Assembly: GCA_013239625.1 (NCBI GenBank)
Contig: MU053881.1
Location: forward strand, 8,207,957-8,271,956
Origin: Lama guanicoe
Lineage: Eukaryota
DNA: 64,000 nucleotides
Direction of reading: 5' to 3'
The stretch's first letter is position 1. Every line of letters starts with the position of its first letter. A program made the position numbers and the translations under genes. Under the pieces are notes generated by a model. That model was not told where the DNA came from, did no database searches, and saw nothing but the letters and a program-made list of their open reading frames with translations. Positions 1 to 13,169 of this stretch are shown one piece after another.

Positions 1-875
1 AAGGGGCAGTGGAGGGAGGGACACAGGTGGGGTCTGGTAAGGATCGTGGCTGTCCATGTGGTCAAGCCCACCTCTAGCACAGACATCACCCATCACCTGC
101 CAGGAGACATCCTTTCAAATTCAGCCTCAGGAAATGCACACTTTTTTTTTTAACCTCAAAACAGAAACTCGCATGCATATGGAGATAAGGCAGGTATTAA
201 AACAAGTAAAGCCGGCCAAGTGCATATTTGCAGAGTAAATAGGATCAAGTAGTCTTTGCTTCCATAAAGAAGTATGCACTCTCCCATTTTAGGTGAAACT
301 CAGGCACTCTTGAGTTTTTCATCTTCCCACTTTTGACGTGACTACGGAGAACTCTATCTGGACAGTAAGAAAAACAACAGCACAAACACAGCGATAAGTG
401 GCAACTAACTCCTAGCTTCAGCATCCAAGCGATAAAAGGGAGTGGTGGGGCCTGTGGCCAAATGCAGGTCCAGTTCTCATCCCAAGGGGCTGATACCGCT
501 CCGTTCATCCCAGCGTTTGCCACGCTGGGATGCAGTCAGGGATGCCAAATACTCCCCTCACGAGCGCAGCCAGAAATCCAGGCATGAGGGAAGAACAGGC
601 AGACTTGCATTTGTTCTGAGTTCAGCTCTGTGCCTCCCCTGCTGTGTGACCCGAGAAATGCCCTCAGCCTCTCTGGGCCTCAGTTTCATGATTTGCTTAA
701 TAGGAATAAATCCACCTGTCTTGTAAGTTACGGTGAGGATCAGAAGTAAGTGTAAGAGATAAGGGGAAAGACACGGGCCCTGTCCATGGGACTGCGGTGA
801 GAAGGTGCTGGAAGACAGAAAGAGGAAATAAAGGTTGAGCAACCCAGAGTAGATGGTTTTATATATATATATATA

Positions 876-1670
876 TTGTAATGAACTATAGTTGATTTAC
901 AATGTTGCATTATTTTCTAATGTACAGCACAGTGATTCAGTTGTACGTATACATATATTCTTTCTCATTATAGGTTATTACAAGCTATTGCATATAGTTC
1001 CATGTGCTGTACAGTAAGACCTTGTTGTTTATCTAAAACAGTAGTTTGTATCTGCAGATCCCAAACTGCAAACTTACCCCACCCTTCTTTCCCCTTTGGG
1101 AACCATAAGTTTGTTTTCTGTGGCTGGGAGTCTGTCTCTGTTTGGTAGATGAGTTCATTCGTGTCCTTTTTTTTTTTCTTTTTTAGATTCCACATATGAG
1201 TGGTATCCTATGGTATTTTTCTTTCTCTTTCTGACTTACTTCACTTAGTAGGATGATCTCTAGGTCCATCCATATTGCTGCCAGTGGCATTATTGTATTC
1301 TTTTTTATGGCTGAGTAGTATTCCATTGTCTAAATATACCACCACTTCTTTATCCAGTCATCTGTTGATGGACATTTAGATTGCTTCTATGTCTTGGTTA
1401 TTGTATATAGTACTGTTATGAACATAGGTGTGCATGTATCTTTTCAAATTGGAGTTTTCTCCAGATATATGCCCAGGAATAGGATTGCTAGGTCATATGA
1501 TAACTCTGTTTTTATTTTTTTAAGGAATCTCCATACTGTTTTCCATAATGGCTGCACCAAATTACATTTCCATCAATGGTGTAGGAAGGTTCCCTTTTCT
1601 CCACACCCTTTCCAGCATTTATCATTCGTGGGCTTTTTAATGATGACCATTCTGACTGGTGTGAGGTGAT
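876..1670 (-). mobile_element. 5'-truncated LINE-1 (ORF2 end + 3'UTR), antisense to SLIT3
   Basis: L1 3' motifs (tagattccacatatgagtg, ggctgagtagtattccattg, gacatttagattgcttc); degenerate TSD gatggttttatat (~852) / gatggttatatat (~1672). Confidence 0.9.
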
Positions 1671-4600
1671 GGATGGTTATATATTTAAAACAGGAGTTGC
1701 AGGCTCACATACTTTCAGGACCCCCTGTGGAAAGGGGATGGGTGCAAGGCAGTTCTAACACCAACAATAATAATGGCTACTAACAGTTACCAAACACTTT
1801 ACTCCGTGCCAGACTGTACTGATACTAATTCATTTACTCCTCACCAAGAAAAGCAAAAAAGCTCTGAGATTGCTTCATTTTGTAAATGAGGAGACTGAAA
1901 CAGAGAAAGTAACTTGTCCAAGATTAAAAATTAAGCGGCAGAGCCAGGAGCCAGGAGTGGCAACAGTGCAGATTAGCTGGGGAGTACATGCTGTATCTGA
2001 AGACAGTGAATGCGTGTGTGCACATAAGTGTGCCAAAATCCATATATATATATACGAGCCAACCAAGCAAATGTCCCAGTAGGACAGATCTGGTCCCAAA
2101 GACCGCCAGCTGCAACCACTTACTTAAAATAACTTGATGGCAACTCATTTTGTTAAGTAAATGGTCCTTATGTGCTGGGACCCATCACCACCTCTGCACC
2201 CCTATGGAGGTGGTGGGTCAGCTGGATTTCTGCCCATCGGTGTGGTTAAAGCCAGCGGTGCCTGCGACTGAGTCTGCTCAGCTTCCCCACAGACTGTGGG
2301 GCCAGGGCCCTAAGGCTCCAGTCTGGACAGTAGTACCCTGATGGGGCTCGAGGGCAAGGAGAGGGAACACAGGGCGAGGAGTTTGGACTCTGCTGTGCCC
2401 TTTCGTGTCGTGTTGGAATAATGAGATTTCCATGAGTATCACTTGTGATAAGAGATGAAAAAAAAAAAAAGGTATGAGCTGTTCCCCACAAGGGTTATTA
2501 GGACTCTGGTGACTCAAGGTGGCTTTTCAAGTGACCTCACATTCAGAGTGGGGTCGCAGCCTCCCTCAGTGAACTTCCGGGTCACTTGTCACACTGAAGG
2601 AGCATCTCAAGCAGAAGCTGACACCTGGCAGCCCTCTAGCCAAAATTGGGTACACCTGCGTGGATTTGTTGGCAGTGGTTGCGTTTTTAATAATAAGTCA
2701 TCGCCCACTTTTAAAAATCATGAGTTTTCACGGAAAAACAAAAGTGGATTTCTGGCATCTTTCGGAAAATCAGAAGGTCTGGCAAAACATCCCATGTTCC
2801 CAAACGGCTCCATTTGAGCTGAGCTGAGGAGCTGTGCGCTTAGCTGGGACGCGTGCTTTCCTGATCGCTGTCACCTCCACTGGGCTTGCTTCCGGCTTTA
2901 AGTCACCCGCCTGGACCATGTGGACCTTTGAGCTTGCAGCCCCCAGCTTGAAGTAGAATTTCCACCTCAGGAGGAGGGAAAGGTCTGTAAGGATGTGGAT
3001 AGGACATCCCCGACCTGACAGTACCGGAATGCTGCTCAATCATGATGTGGTATCCTTGGTTTCCAGAAAAATCCACCCAGCTCTCTCCTCACTGCGCCTC
3101 CACCTAAGGCTGGACTTTAAACAGGATGATGCCTTCCCGTCGCCAGACGAAGTTTACAGGCTGTTCCCCAAACCTGAAGAGACTGACCTGGAAGAGGCTG
3201 AGTCTTGCCGCCTCAGACTCAGGCTTTCCAGAGATGAATCCCCCAGCCTTGGTGTTTCTTGGGAAGGATGAGATCAGGGTCTGAAAGGGACGCCCACCAT
3301 CTTACGGAGGCATTGCAGCCGAGCACTGGGTTTGTCCTGCCCCTGACCCCTCTGAACCGACCCTGGGCCCGGGGTGGGAGTTTCTGAGGCTGGGTCCTTT
3401 CAGGTATCAGACCACCATTCTCCCTGGAGCCAAAGTCATGATGAAGCAGTAAGCCTTCAGGTGGAGAGACGCTTCCTGCATGGCCCTAGGTTTGCATTTA
3501 GGGGTTTCCTGGAATCTGGGACATCTTTCAGGAAGGTACTGCTCTGAGAATAAGATGGTGCCCTTTCGAAACCCTGATGCACTGGTTCTGTCTCTGGAGC
3601 GCTTGCGCCAAGCTGCTTGCTCGCTCTGGCCTCCAGCCTGAGCTGCCTGCCATTTTGCGCAGTGCTTTGATGAATGGAGAGAGCGCAGCAGCCTGGTCTT
3701 CTGGAAAATTCTATCCCCCTTTTGCACTCTCCTTATGTTTTCCATTATTCCAGCCCGAGGAAATCCAATCCACAAACCTTACAGTCATGTGATGTTAATT
3801 TTGCTCATTTAAAGAAACAGATGTCAGGAAATGGGACCCTCCCACTTCATAGCTGCTGTAACTCATTGTCACTGCCCCGTGTTCCCCAAGAAGCCTAACT
3901 CTGGAGCCGGAGGGGAAGCTCCAGCATTTGGATGAGTTATAGCTACTGGGAAAGCCTTTATCTCCCCCCCATGTCTGATTTGGGGGTAATTTGCAGTCTC
4001 TCCTGTGTATTACCTTCATTCCCGGGTTATCCCAGACCAGGGCTACCAGGATTTATAAGAAAACCAGCTGAGTTTAAGGAGAGTCAGACGGAGCAGAAAT
4101 TCAGCTCAAGAGTCTCCCAGCTCTCAGATCTTGGGGGAGGGATCCTGAGAAGTATTTGCCCCTGTTTCCTTGGTTGGCAGGATGGAAGTAGGAAGAGAGG
4201 AAGGCCATGGCCAGGAGCAGAGAGGCAGCCGTCAGTGCAAGGGTGGGACTGTCTCCTCGTCACCTGCCCACAGGTGTGGGCATGGCCGCCCCTTGAAGAC
4301 TCAGCCTCTACTTGGGAAGAGGCTCAGCGCAGCCTCTTCTTTGCTGCCCTGAGCCGTTGGGTGCCCAGTTCCATCACTCGCTCTGAACCATCCCTCTAGA
4401 AGGCTTCACCCCTGAGGTGGCTGTGGGTCAGCCCAGAGGTCAGCAAGGAGGACACCTGAGAGAAGCAATAGTCCCGGGGACCCATGTGGTGCTGTGTCCC
4501 CTCCAGAGCTCTGTGACCAGGAGCAGTGCCCCCCCCTCCCTGGGCCTCAGTGTGCTCTGTAGTAAAATGGGCCAGCAGGTCCATCTCTGGTGAGCCTCAG

Positions 4601-5716
4601 TTCTAACAAGCTCAGCGAGTTAACAGTCCTGTCTCCACCTGCAGATCTCTGCTTGACAGGACACAGCCCCCCAGGCTGTCTGCTGGGGAGTCTGGATTCA
4701 TCCCTCTGCTTGGGGAAACAGCATCACTTTCCGCTCCAGCCAGCCAGCCTGGGCTGCCTTTCAGAGCTGAACATCCGGGTGGTTTGGGGAGGTTCCTCAC
4801 CCCTTGCCTGCCAAGGAGAGCCCGGGAACTCACAGCAGCAATAGCTCTGCAGCCCTGCACGCGCTGTTCAGATCTCCTGTGTGCCTGCGCGTGGCAGTTG
4901 GGCATCGGAGGGGAGAGCCAGCTCTCAGAGGTCAAGGGCAGAATCAGGCTGGCAGCACCAGGCTTGATAGGACGCAGCCCTCTTAGGGAAACAGTGTCCC
5001 AGACCCCGAGTTCTGCAGAGCCATCATGGCAGGGGGGAGCATCCACGTCACCACAGGAACATTCAGTAAGGAAAGGCGGTTCCCTGGAGGCCTTTCTATG
5101 TGTCCGAAAGCCTGGCTCCAGTCCCAGGTCTATCAGCTGTTCAGACTTAATCTGCCTGAACCTCAGTCACCTCGTCCGTTAAACAGGACAATGACAAAAA
5201 ACAGTACCCATCTGATAGGCATTGTTTTGAGGATTTGATGCGATTCTGTTGGTCAAACCCCTTCCGTGGTAACTGCTCAAAAAAGTAGTAACTGGAAAGT
5301 GTCCGTTTATATCCAGAATCTCAGCTGGGAGCTGCAGGTTCTACAAATGCCCTGCCCCGCCCCCACGGGGAGCAGGCATACTGTATATTTCCCTCCTGCT
5401 CTCCTCCTGAGAATCACCACTTAGTAAGAGCATCTGCTAAAGAGGGAAAGTGAGTCTGAGAACCACTGCTTTAAATCTGCCGGCCCCCAGGGCGTTGAAA
5501 AGATCATCGTACTGAAAAGACTTCAAACGCTACAGTCTATTTCGCAAAGGTAGCCTCCCCTCCACGTGGTGCTGGGGTCCCCGGTCCCATGGGCACAGGT
5601 TCTGAAGGTCCCCATCAGCCAGGCCTCGGTCCAGGAGGTGCCTGAGAGTCCCCAGATAGCTGCAGGACTGGGGATTCCCACCCTGTGCCCTGACCCATTC
5701 CGTCCCCTCCTTCTAG

Positions 5717-5860
5717 AAACTTGAGTAACAATAAGATCAAGGAGATGAGAGAGGGTGCCTTTGACGGAGCGGCCAGCGTGCAGGAGCTGATGCTGACGGG
5801 GAACCAGCTGGAGACGGTGCACGGGCGCATGTTCCGTGGCCTCAGCGGCCTCAAGACCTT
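5717..5860 (+). CDS. SLIT3: SLIT3 exon ~17 (two LRRs, D3)
   Basis: ttctag|A AAC TTG AGT...AAG ACC TT|gtaagt; 144 nt; [48 protein letters not shown]. Confidence 0.96.
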
Positions 5861-6064
5861 GTAAGTGCCAGGGCCTGGGCCGAGGCCCGGAGGGAGGGAG
5901 GTGCGAGGGCAGGGGCCCCGGAGAGGGACTGTGAGGGCTGGCGGGCAGCAGATTGGGCCTGGCACTGTCCTGGCCTGCTGAATCCCTTCCTTCCTGGAGC
6001 CATAGAGACGGTAGGCATGTCCCAGCCCTGGATGGGAAAGAACTTAGCATGCTAAGCACCCCTC

Positions 6065-6590
6065 AACACGCACACACACCCCTAAAGACACTTGCCCTAA
6101 TGTATGCATAGATTCATGCCAGAAATACACCGATAAAGGCACACACTCACACATTTACCCACATAGATACTACACTTGTACATAAAAATGACATACAGAC
6201 ACACATGCAAGTTGCAGATAAACACATACACAAACAAGAGTGTACTTACACAAGCACACACACGCACACACACACACACACACACACATAAGCTGATGTC
6301 CACAAACACATCTTGATTCTCCCTTCTCCTTGCAGAAATACACATACGTACACTAACCATCATACAATATACAAGTACACACACACACAAAACACCTGCT
6401 CCTACTATAAATAAAGCGTGCACAGCCAAAAATGTACGCCCACGTTTACAGGTAGCCTCAGTGGGGACCCAGGCCCTGCTGTCACAGGACAGACCTCAGC
6501 GACATGACTGGTCTGGGCATGGAGTGGGCAAAACTACACACACACACATACGTGCACACACACACACACACACACACAGACACACACACG
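6065..6590. repeat. CA-rich low-complexity tract with (CA)n microsatellites
   Basis: Long degenerate (CA)/(ACAT) runs between exons ~17 and ~18. Confidence 0.85.
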
Positions 6591-6655
6591 AGGGCACTGT
6601 CATGGAAGTGAAAGGACAACACCTGTGCTGGCTGAGCCCACCCCTCTCCCTGCAG

Positions 6656-6799
6656 GATGCTGAGGAGTAACCTGATCAGCTGTGTGAGCAATGACACTTT
6701 TGCTGGCCTGAGTTCGGTGAGGCTGCTCTCCCTCTATGACAACCGGATCAGCACCATCACCCCCGGAGCCTTCACCACGCTTGTCTCCCTGTCCACCAT
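6656..6799 (+). CDS. SLIT3: SLIT3 exon ~18 (two LRRs, D3)
   Basis: ctgcag|G ATG CTG AGG...TCC ACC AT|gtaagt; 144 nt; [48 protein letters not shown]. Confidence 0.96.
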
Positions 6800-7664
6800 G
6801 TAAGTCCTCCTGGACCCACAGCGCACTCACTCTGGGCTCCTCTCCTGCAGACTTTGCCCCTCGCAGCGCCCTGCTATCTGTGGCCCGAGGTCATCTACCC
6901 ATCTGTCAACTTCAGCATTTGTCGGGCTCCCTCCATGTGCCAGCCATCTTTTGGTGCGGAGCTTTTACAAATGTGGGCCCTCCTTCCTGGAGCTCACAGC
7001 ATAGTGAGTTGCCACAGAAGGGAGGTCCACGGGGATTTGAAAACATAACATAGGCTTTGGGGAGGAACAGTGGAGCTGTGTTCTGGAAGGTGAGTGGGCG
7101 TTAGCTTGTTCAAGAAAGCAGGAGGTGCATTTCCTTCAGCGGGAAGAACATGTGAAAAGGGCTGTGGTGGGTTAAAGCAGAGCAGATATGCAGGACTGAG
7201 CAAAGTCCAACGTGGTCATAGTACACAGTGGGCGAGGCTGGAGGGGAAGCCAAGGCCAGGCTGTGGGGCTGCTGTGGGCCATTTTGGTCTTCATCCAAAG
7301 TATATCAGGAAGCCACTGAAGGTTTTAAGCAGGCCAGCAACATGATCTGACAGGTTTTTAAATGATGTCACTGGCTTCTTAAATGTGTGTCAGAACAAGT
7401 TAGAATCTAGCTTTCTGGACGCCTAAAGGAATGTTCCTACCCATGTAATTCACTGTATTGGGAATGGAGGCTGTTTAAAATAATGGTTAAACTCTGGGCT
7501 CTAGAGCCAAATTTTCTGGGTTCAGATCCTGGCTCTACTCTTGTTAGCTGTGTGACCTTGGAAGAGTTACTTCACCTCTCTGTGCTTTAACTGTCCCTTC
7601 TCACAATCCACCTCACAGGATTGTTACATGAGGACTGAATCTGTTGATATTTTTAAAACGTCGT

Positions 7665-7772
7665 GGGAGGACATAGCTCAGTGGTAGAGAGCATGCTTAG
7701 CATGCACGAGGTCCTGGGTTCAATCCCCAGTACCTCCATTTAAAAAATAAAATAAAACCCAAAAGAAAAAAA
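7665..7772 (+). mobile_element. tRNA-Ala-derived SINE (camelid vic-1-like)
   Basis: gggaggacatagctcagtggtagagagcatgcttagcatgcacgaggtcctgggttcaatccccagtacctcc + A-rich tail; A and B boxes present; inserted in a MIR remnant. Confidence 0.88.
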
Positions 7773-9525
7773 TATTTGTAAAATATACAATGAAAGTACT
7801 CAGGACGTGTTAGCTTTCATGGTTACTCATAGTGTTTCCATGTGGCTCTGTTACCCTTGGTTGCTGGTTCATTTCCCCCTCTCTTGCTTTCCCCAAAGAC
7901 CCTTTGGAAGACAGAAAAAAAAAAGGCTGTTGCGGTCTCCCGTTGCTGCCCGTGGTCATGCTCCCGTACACCCACCTCACTGGGAGTAAAAGCCAAAGTT
8001 ACAGAATGTCCTAGAGGCCCCACGCCATCTAGTCCCTCCATGCCAGCCCCACCAGCCTCCTCACTGCTCTGCCCACACCCTGGCCCACTCCCACCTTAGA
8101 ACTTTGCACAGGCTGTTCCCAGTTCCTGGAAAGCCCTTCCCCTGATTCCCTCCCCTCCTTCCGTTATCTCAAATGTCAGTTGCCTCACCCCCATTCCACC
8201 CATCTGCCATCACCCCCGTCCCTCTGGCCCTGCCCTTCTAGTGTGTTCCCTAGCACGGACCATTCCTAACATACTATTACAACATTTTTGTTGTTAAGTA
8301 CGTATCGTCTGCTTCCCATCAGCCAGAATATAAGCTCCAGAAGGACAGGGATGTAAGACTGTTCTGTTCACTGCTGTATCCTCAATGCCTACGTCAGTGC
8401 CTGGCACTAAGTAAATGCCCCCTATCGAACTGCTGAATAAACAGAGGTGAATGAATGGAGGGCAGTGGGTTAGGAATGGGCGCCAGCGGGTTGCTTTATT
8501 TTAGCCCACTTTTTCACGTCTCCCAGGTGCCTCCACACTGGGAATCCAAAGACACAAAAGATGCCGAGAAGGGTAGAGTCACAGAGCATGAAGGGACCAG
8601 CTCTGACGGGAGAAGGTACTTGCCCACCTTCTCACGGGGCTACTGAGTGTCAGAGCCACATTCGCCTTCAGGAATGCCTGAGCCCCAGCTCTTAATCGCT
8701 GCGTCGTACCGCAGCCCCGCCAAGGGCTCTCCGGCCCTCTCCTGGAACCTCCCTAAGCTTTACGTTCGTCATTTGTGAAATGAGAACAATGTCCCCTCCT
8801 TCCTTGAATGAGAGGATGGATTTGTAAAGTGCTTAGTTTGGGGCCAGTCCTCTAGGAAACCCCCCGAAGTGGTAGCTGCCCTCACCCCTCATCAGCCCAG
8901 TCAGCGCATCCAACAGAGAAGTATGACGTGCCTGTGCTGAGGTCCTGCCAGCTCCTGGAGACACAGAGGACAGCCAGACCCGGTCCCTCCCCTCGCGAGC
9001 TGAGCCCAGGGAGGGAGGCATGACAGGCTCGGATGGGTGCTGTGGAGGAGATGGAGGCGGCCGAGGGGGCAGAACGGGACAGGGACTGCTCATTTCCCTT
9101 CCTTGGGGATGGTCATTTAAGCTGAGAGCCGAAGGATGAGGAGGGGCCAGCCAGGCACACAGTAGAGAGGTTCACCCCAGGCAGGAGGTAGAGCGCGTGT
9201 GAAGGCTCGAAGGGTAAGAAAATCCCCGCGGCGGAAGCGAGGCGGTTTCCGCAGCCGAAGCGCATCTAACGAGGGCGGACGTGCAGGGAGACCCGGCCGT
9301 GTCCGTCCGCGGAGGTGCAGCCCGAGACCCTCGCAAAGACTGCATCTGGCTTTTAGCGGGGAGTCGTCCTTCGCTTTCCCAGACCTCCTTCCTCCTTCCC
9401 CGGAACCCGGAGCAGAGCTGCCTGCCGGAGTGCTGGGTCTCTGCTTGCAGACTCGGAGCCCAGGGCCAGCTCCCACGGGACAGAAGTCGAGGCGAACTAC
9501 TCACAGGGCCCTTCTCTCCTCCCAG

Positions 9526-9689
9526 AAACCTGCTGGCCAACCCCTTCAACTGCAACTGCCACCTGGCCTGGCTCGGCAAGTGGCTGAGGAAGAGGCGGAT
9601 CGTAAGCGGGAACCCCCGGTGCCAGAAGCCGTTCTTCCTCAAGGAGATTCCCATCCAGGACGTGGCCATCCAGGACTTCACGTGTGAAG
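9526..9689 (+). CDS. SLIT3: SLIT3 exon ~19 (LRRCT of D3)
   Basis: cccag|A AAC CTG CTG...TGT GAA G|gtgaga; 164 nt; [54 protein letters not shown]. Confidence 0.96.
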
Positions 9690-10734
9690 GTGAGAAAGCT
9701 GGGGGGCAGGGCGGGGGGTGGGGTGGGGAGGTGCAGTACCTGGGACAGGCGAGGAAGCTACAAGAGAGGGGAGATAGAGGCGGTGACTGAAGATCGGGAT
9801 GTTCTGAGATCTGATTCTCCTCTGCACTCAGGTGTGAAGCTGGAGCCCTGAAGGGCAGGCTCCCTTGTGCAGATTAAGAACTGGTGCCTCTTTATACATT
9901 TTACTTCCATCAGGCAGAAATCTGCCCTCATTTAGTGCTTTTGTTAAAACAAGCTATGAAAACACTGTTGTACCAAATTTCCTAATCTGCCATATCCACA
10001 GTGAGGTTGGTGCCCATAAGGTAATGCCGCACCCTTGTGCAGTGTGCAACCTACACAGCTGTACATGTGATCCCCTGGGCCTCAGTTTTCCTACCTGCAT
10101 CATCATGAGGCTCAGAATTTGTGCTAATGAGAAACAGACTTCAAAATGAGCTTCTGGGAAATTCCTGTCATTGGGTAGGTGGTGCAAACACCTGAAGATC
10201 CAAGGCTTTGACTGTTAGGATTCCAGATGGCATATTTGTTTGTGTACATTCAGGCCAGCACGATTTTTACTTGGTCAACTCTAGGTTATCTAGAGGCGGA
10301 TGAACTGGTTTTTGGATTACCTGAGGTTCAGGTATAATGAGGTCTGGCAACACATTCACCACCCCAGAGGGATTGTATAGTGAAAGGAGTGGAGAAAGGG
10401 AGGAGAAAGGGGAAGGGAATAGACAGGGCTCTGGCCCGCACTTCAGTCAGTTTGGCTTATTCCTGATCCAGTTAACCATGACCTCTTCCCTGTCTAGTAT
10501 CTGGTTAATCAGGTTTTTAGCATCTTTGTTCTGTGTTACATGTGGTAGAAGGCAGACAGCTCTGTTCTATTCTTCTTTCCCCTCCAACCATGGATGAGAC
10601 CAGCAGGCTCCTTATTCCAGGTTCTGACTCAAAGCAGAGGGCTCCCCGTTACCGCAGACAGCTGAGTCAGGGCTGGCCTCATGCCCTCCGGGTGGGGTTG
10701 CCTCCCACCACGCTCACCCCAGGGCTCTCCACAG

Positions 10735-10867
10735 GCAATGATGAGAGCAGCTGCCAACTGGGCCCGCGCTGCCCCGAGCAGTGCACCTGCGTGGAGACGG
10801 TGGTGCGATGCAGCAACAGGGGGCTCCGCACCCTCCCCAAAGGCATCCCCAAGGACGTGACCGAGCT
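10735..10867 (+). CDS. SLIT3: SLIT3 exon ~20 (LRRNT of D4)
   Basis: cacag|GC AAT GAT...GAG CT|gtaagt; 133 nt; [45 protein letters not shown]. Confidence 0.96.
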
Positions 10868-12610
10868 GTAAGTAACCCCCCACACTGACCCCTGGAACCC
10901 CACCACCACCAGCATTCATCACATTTCACCACTGCAACCAAGACGGCCTGGGGATGCCCTGCCTGAATGGGTCCCAGCAAGAGGGCGTCAGAGCCTCAGC
11001 GAGGGCAGGCAGCATCTTACACATGGGGTGTCAGGTACCCTGCTAGCACTGGGGAGACGGTGAGTGAAACAGGCGTGACCCCAGCACTCGTGGGCTTACA
11101 GTTTACAGGGGAAGGTAGACATTCGCTCATCTCAGAAGTACATGTAACATGCCAGGTGCTACAAAGAAGAGGACCGAGGTTTCTGTGACATCTGAAAGTA
11201 GGGAGATTTGACTTCAATGTGGAGATGGGAGAAAGCTGCTCTGATGGGTGAAGACGGAGCTGGGGTCTAAAGGGTGAGGAGCAGATAATGAGAAGGAGGG
11301 AGGCTGCCTGAGCAAACGCCGAACACTGGGAGCCAGCAGAGCCCCGAGTGGGACTGGTGGAAACTCAGAGGGGCTGCTCAGGCAGGGAGATCCACTCCAT
11401 GCCACCTCCACATCTCAAGTTTCCACTGTCTGCGCAGACCCCAGGCACACCCCCACCTCTGGGCCAGCTGAGCACAGGCCCTCAGACACAAGCAACAGAT
11501 TTCACCCAGACACTCCCCTCCAGGGAGCCTTTCTCTGACCAGCTCTGCTCGTACCTCCTGGGGTGGAACGTGAGTGTGCCCTTGTCTGCAACAGCTGAGG
11601 GCTTCCTGGGTGTGTGTTGTGGCTCCTGGCATCTCCTGACAATCAGTAAGATGGTAACCAGGGCTGCCAGCCCAAGGACAGGAAGAAAGGTCTTGATAGA
11701 CACTAAAAAGTCTGTGTCAGCCCTGGGTTTGGGCAGGGGCCGTGCCTCTTGGTGATCGGTGTGAGCAAATCCTCGTAGTTCAGTGAGCTCCATGCCCTTT
11801 GCCCGGCCAGGCTGCGTGTGGGGTGGGGGCTGCAGAAAATGACCCAGGTACCCGCCTCCTCCCTGGGCTAATTGAGTACCAAGTGGCACCTGTCAAAGAA
11901 AGTACCATGAAAACGGGCCCACGGATGCTTTTCCCCCAAAAAAAACTCACGAAATGCAGATTGAAGTAAAGATACTTGGCCTTAATTATAAAGTAAGCTT
12001 CAGAGCTTTGGGAGGAGACCTGATTTCCTGTTTTGGAAATGGTGGTGCTTTTCTCGGCCAGACATTTGTTCCAAAGCTCGCCAAGGAGAGCAGCCCTCTG
12101 TCTCCAAACCATCTCCTGGAGGGGAGAAGGAGTGCCTGGGAAGGGTGGAGGGAGACAGGGAAATAGATGCCAGAGAAGTGAAAGCTGGCAGACCCAGAGA
12201 ACGACGGATCGGAGGCCTCTGGTTCAGGAACATTGGCCGAGTCCAGATTCAGTGTTTCCAACGCTGGCTTTCCAGCTCCCTCAGGCATCATTAGTTATCT
12301 CAGGCAGAGCTGCCAACTTACGAAACAAAATTAAGTTTAGCGTAATTCACTGAGAAGGAGGAAAAACAAAGTTACACAGCATTTCTCCAAAGGGCCAGAT
12401 GTGGGAGTCCTGAGCCAGCAAGAGAGAGTAAGGCAGTGCCCTCCAGGGGGCGGTGGTTTTTCCTCCAGGCAGCCCTCTGCACTCTCCCCACGGCCCTTGC
12501 CTCTGGGGGTCTGCCCTCCACAGTCTCTTCTTGGGTGAGTCGGGCCACACAGAGACTTGCTTCACTCGCATTTGCTCATTCAGTTCCCCCAAGTTGTCAT
12601 TGAAGTAGGC

Positions 12611-13017
12611 CATTTGGCAGAACGTGGATGGACCCGGAGGGTCTTACATTTAGTGAAATAAGTCAGACGGAGAAAGACACATACTCTGTGTTACCGCTTA
12701 TATGTGGAATCTGAAAAATAAAACGAATGAATATAACAAAACAGAGACAGACTCACAGATACAGAGAACAAACTAGTGGTTACCGGTGGAGAGAAAACAG
12801 AGGAGGGACAAGAGAGAGGAAGGGAATTAAGAGGTACAAACTACCATGTATAAAATAAACAAGCTACAAGGATACATTGTCCAGCACAGGGAACATAGCC
12901 AAGAGTTTATAATAACTTTAAATGGAGTATAATCTATAGAAATATAGAATCACTGCATTGTACGCCTGGAACTAGTACAATATTGTACATCAACCAACCC
13001 TCAATAAAAAATAAAAA
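12611..13017 (+). mobile_element. LINE-1 3' end (L1MA-like), sense to SLIT3
   Basis: tggatggacccggagg...agtgaaataagtcagacggagaaagac...tgtggaatctgaaaaa...caataaaaaataaaaa. Confidence 0.88.
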
Positions 13018-13169
13018 CAGGGCCCCGGTGCCACTGACCTGCTTTCAGTGATGAGGAACTTTCAGAGAAGTAAAAGCCACCTCCCAAGTCTTACCTTTGG
13101 TAAGCAGCTCAGTTAGGGTTAGAGAGCAGTTTAGTCTGAGCCCAAATCCCATGCTCTTGGCAATTATTC

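Noticed and set aside
1..5716. Search for the preceding SLIT3 exon (~16) or an internal first exon
   Set aside because: No LRR-coding segment with splice sites found; the region is intronic repeat and unique sequence.
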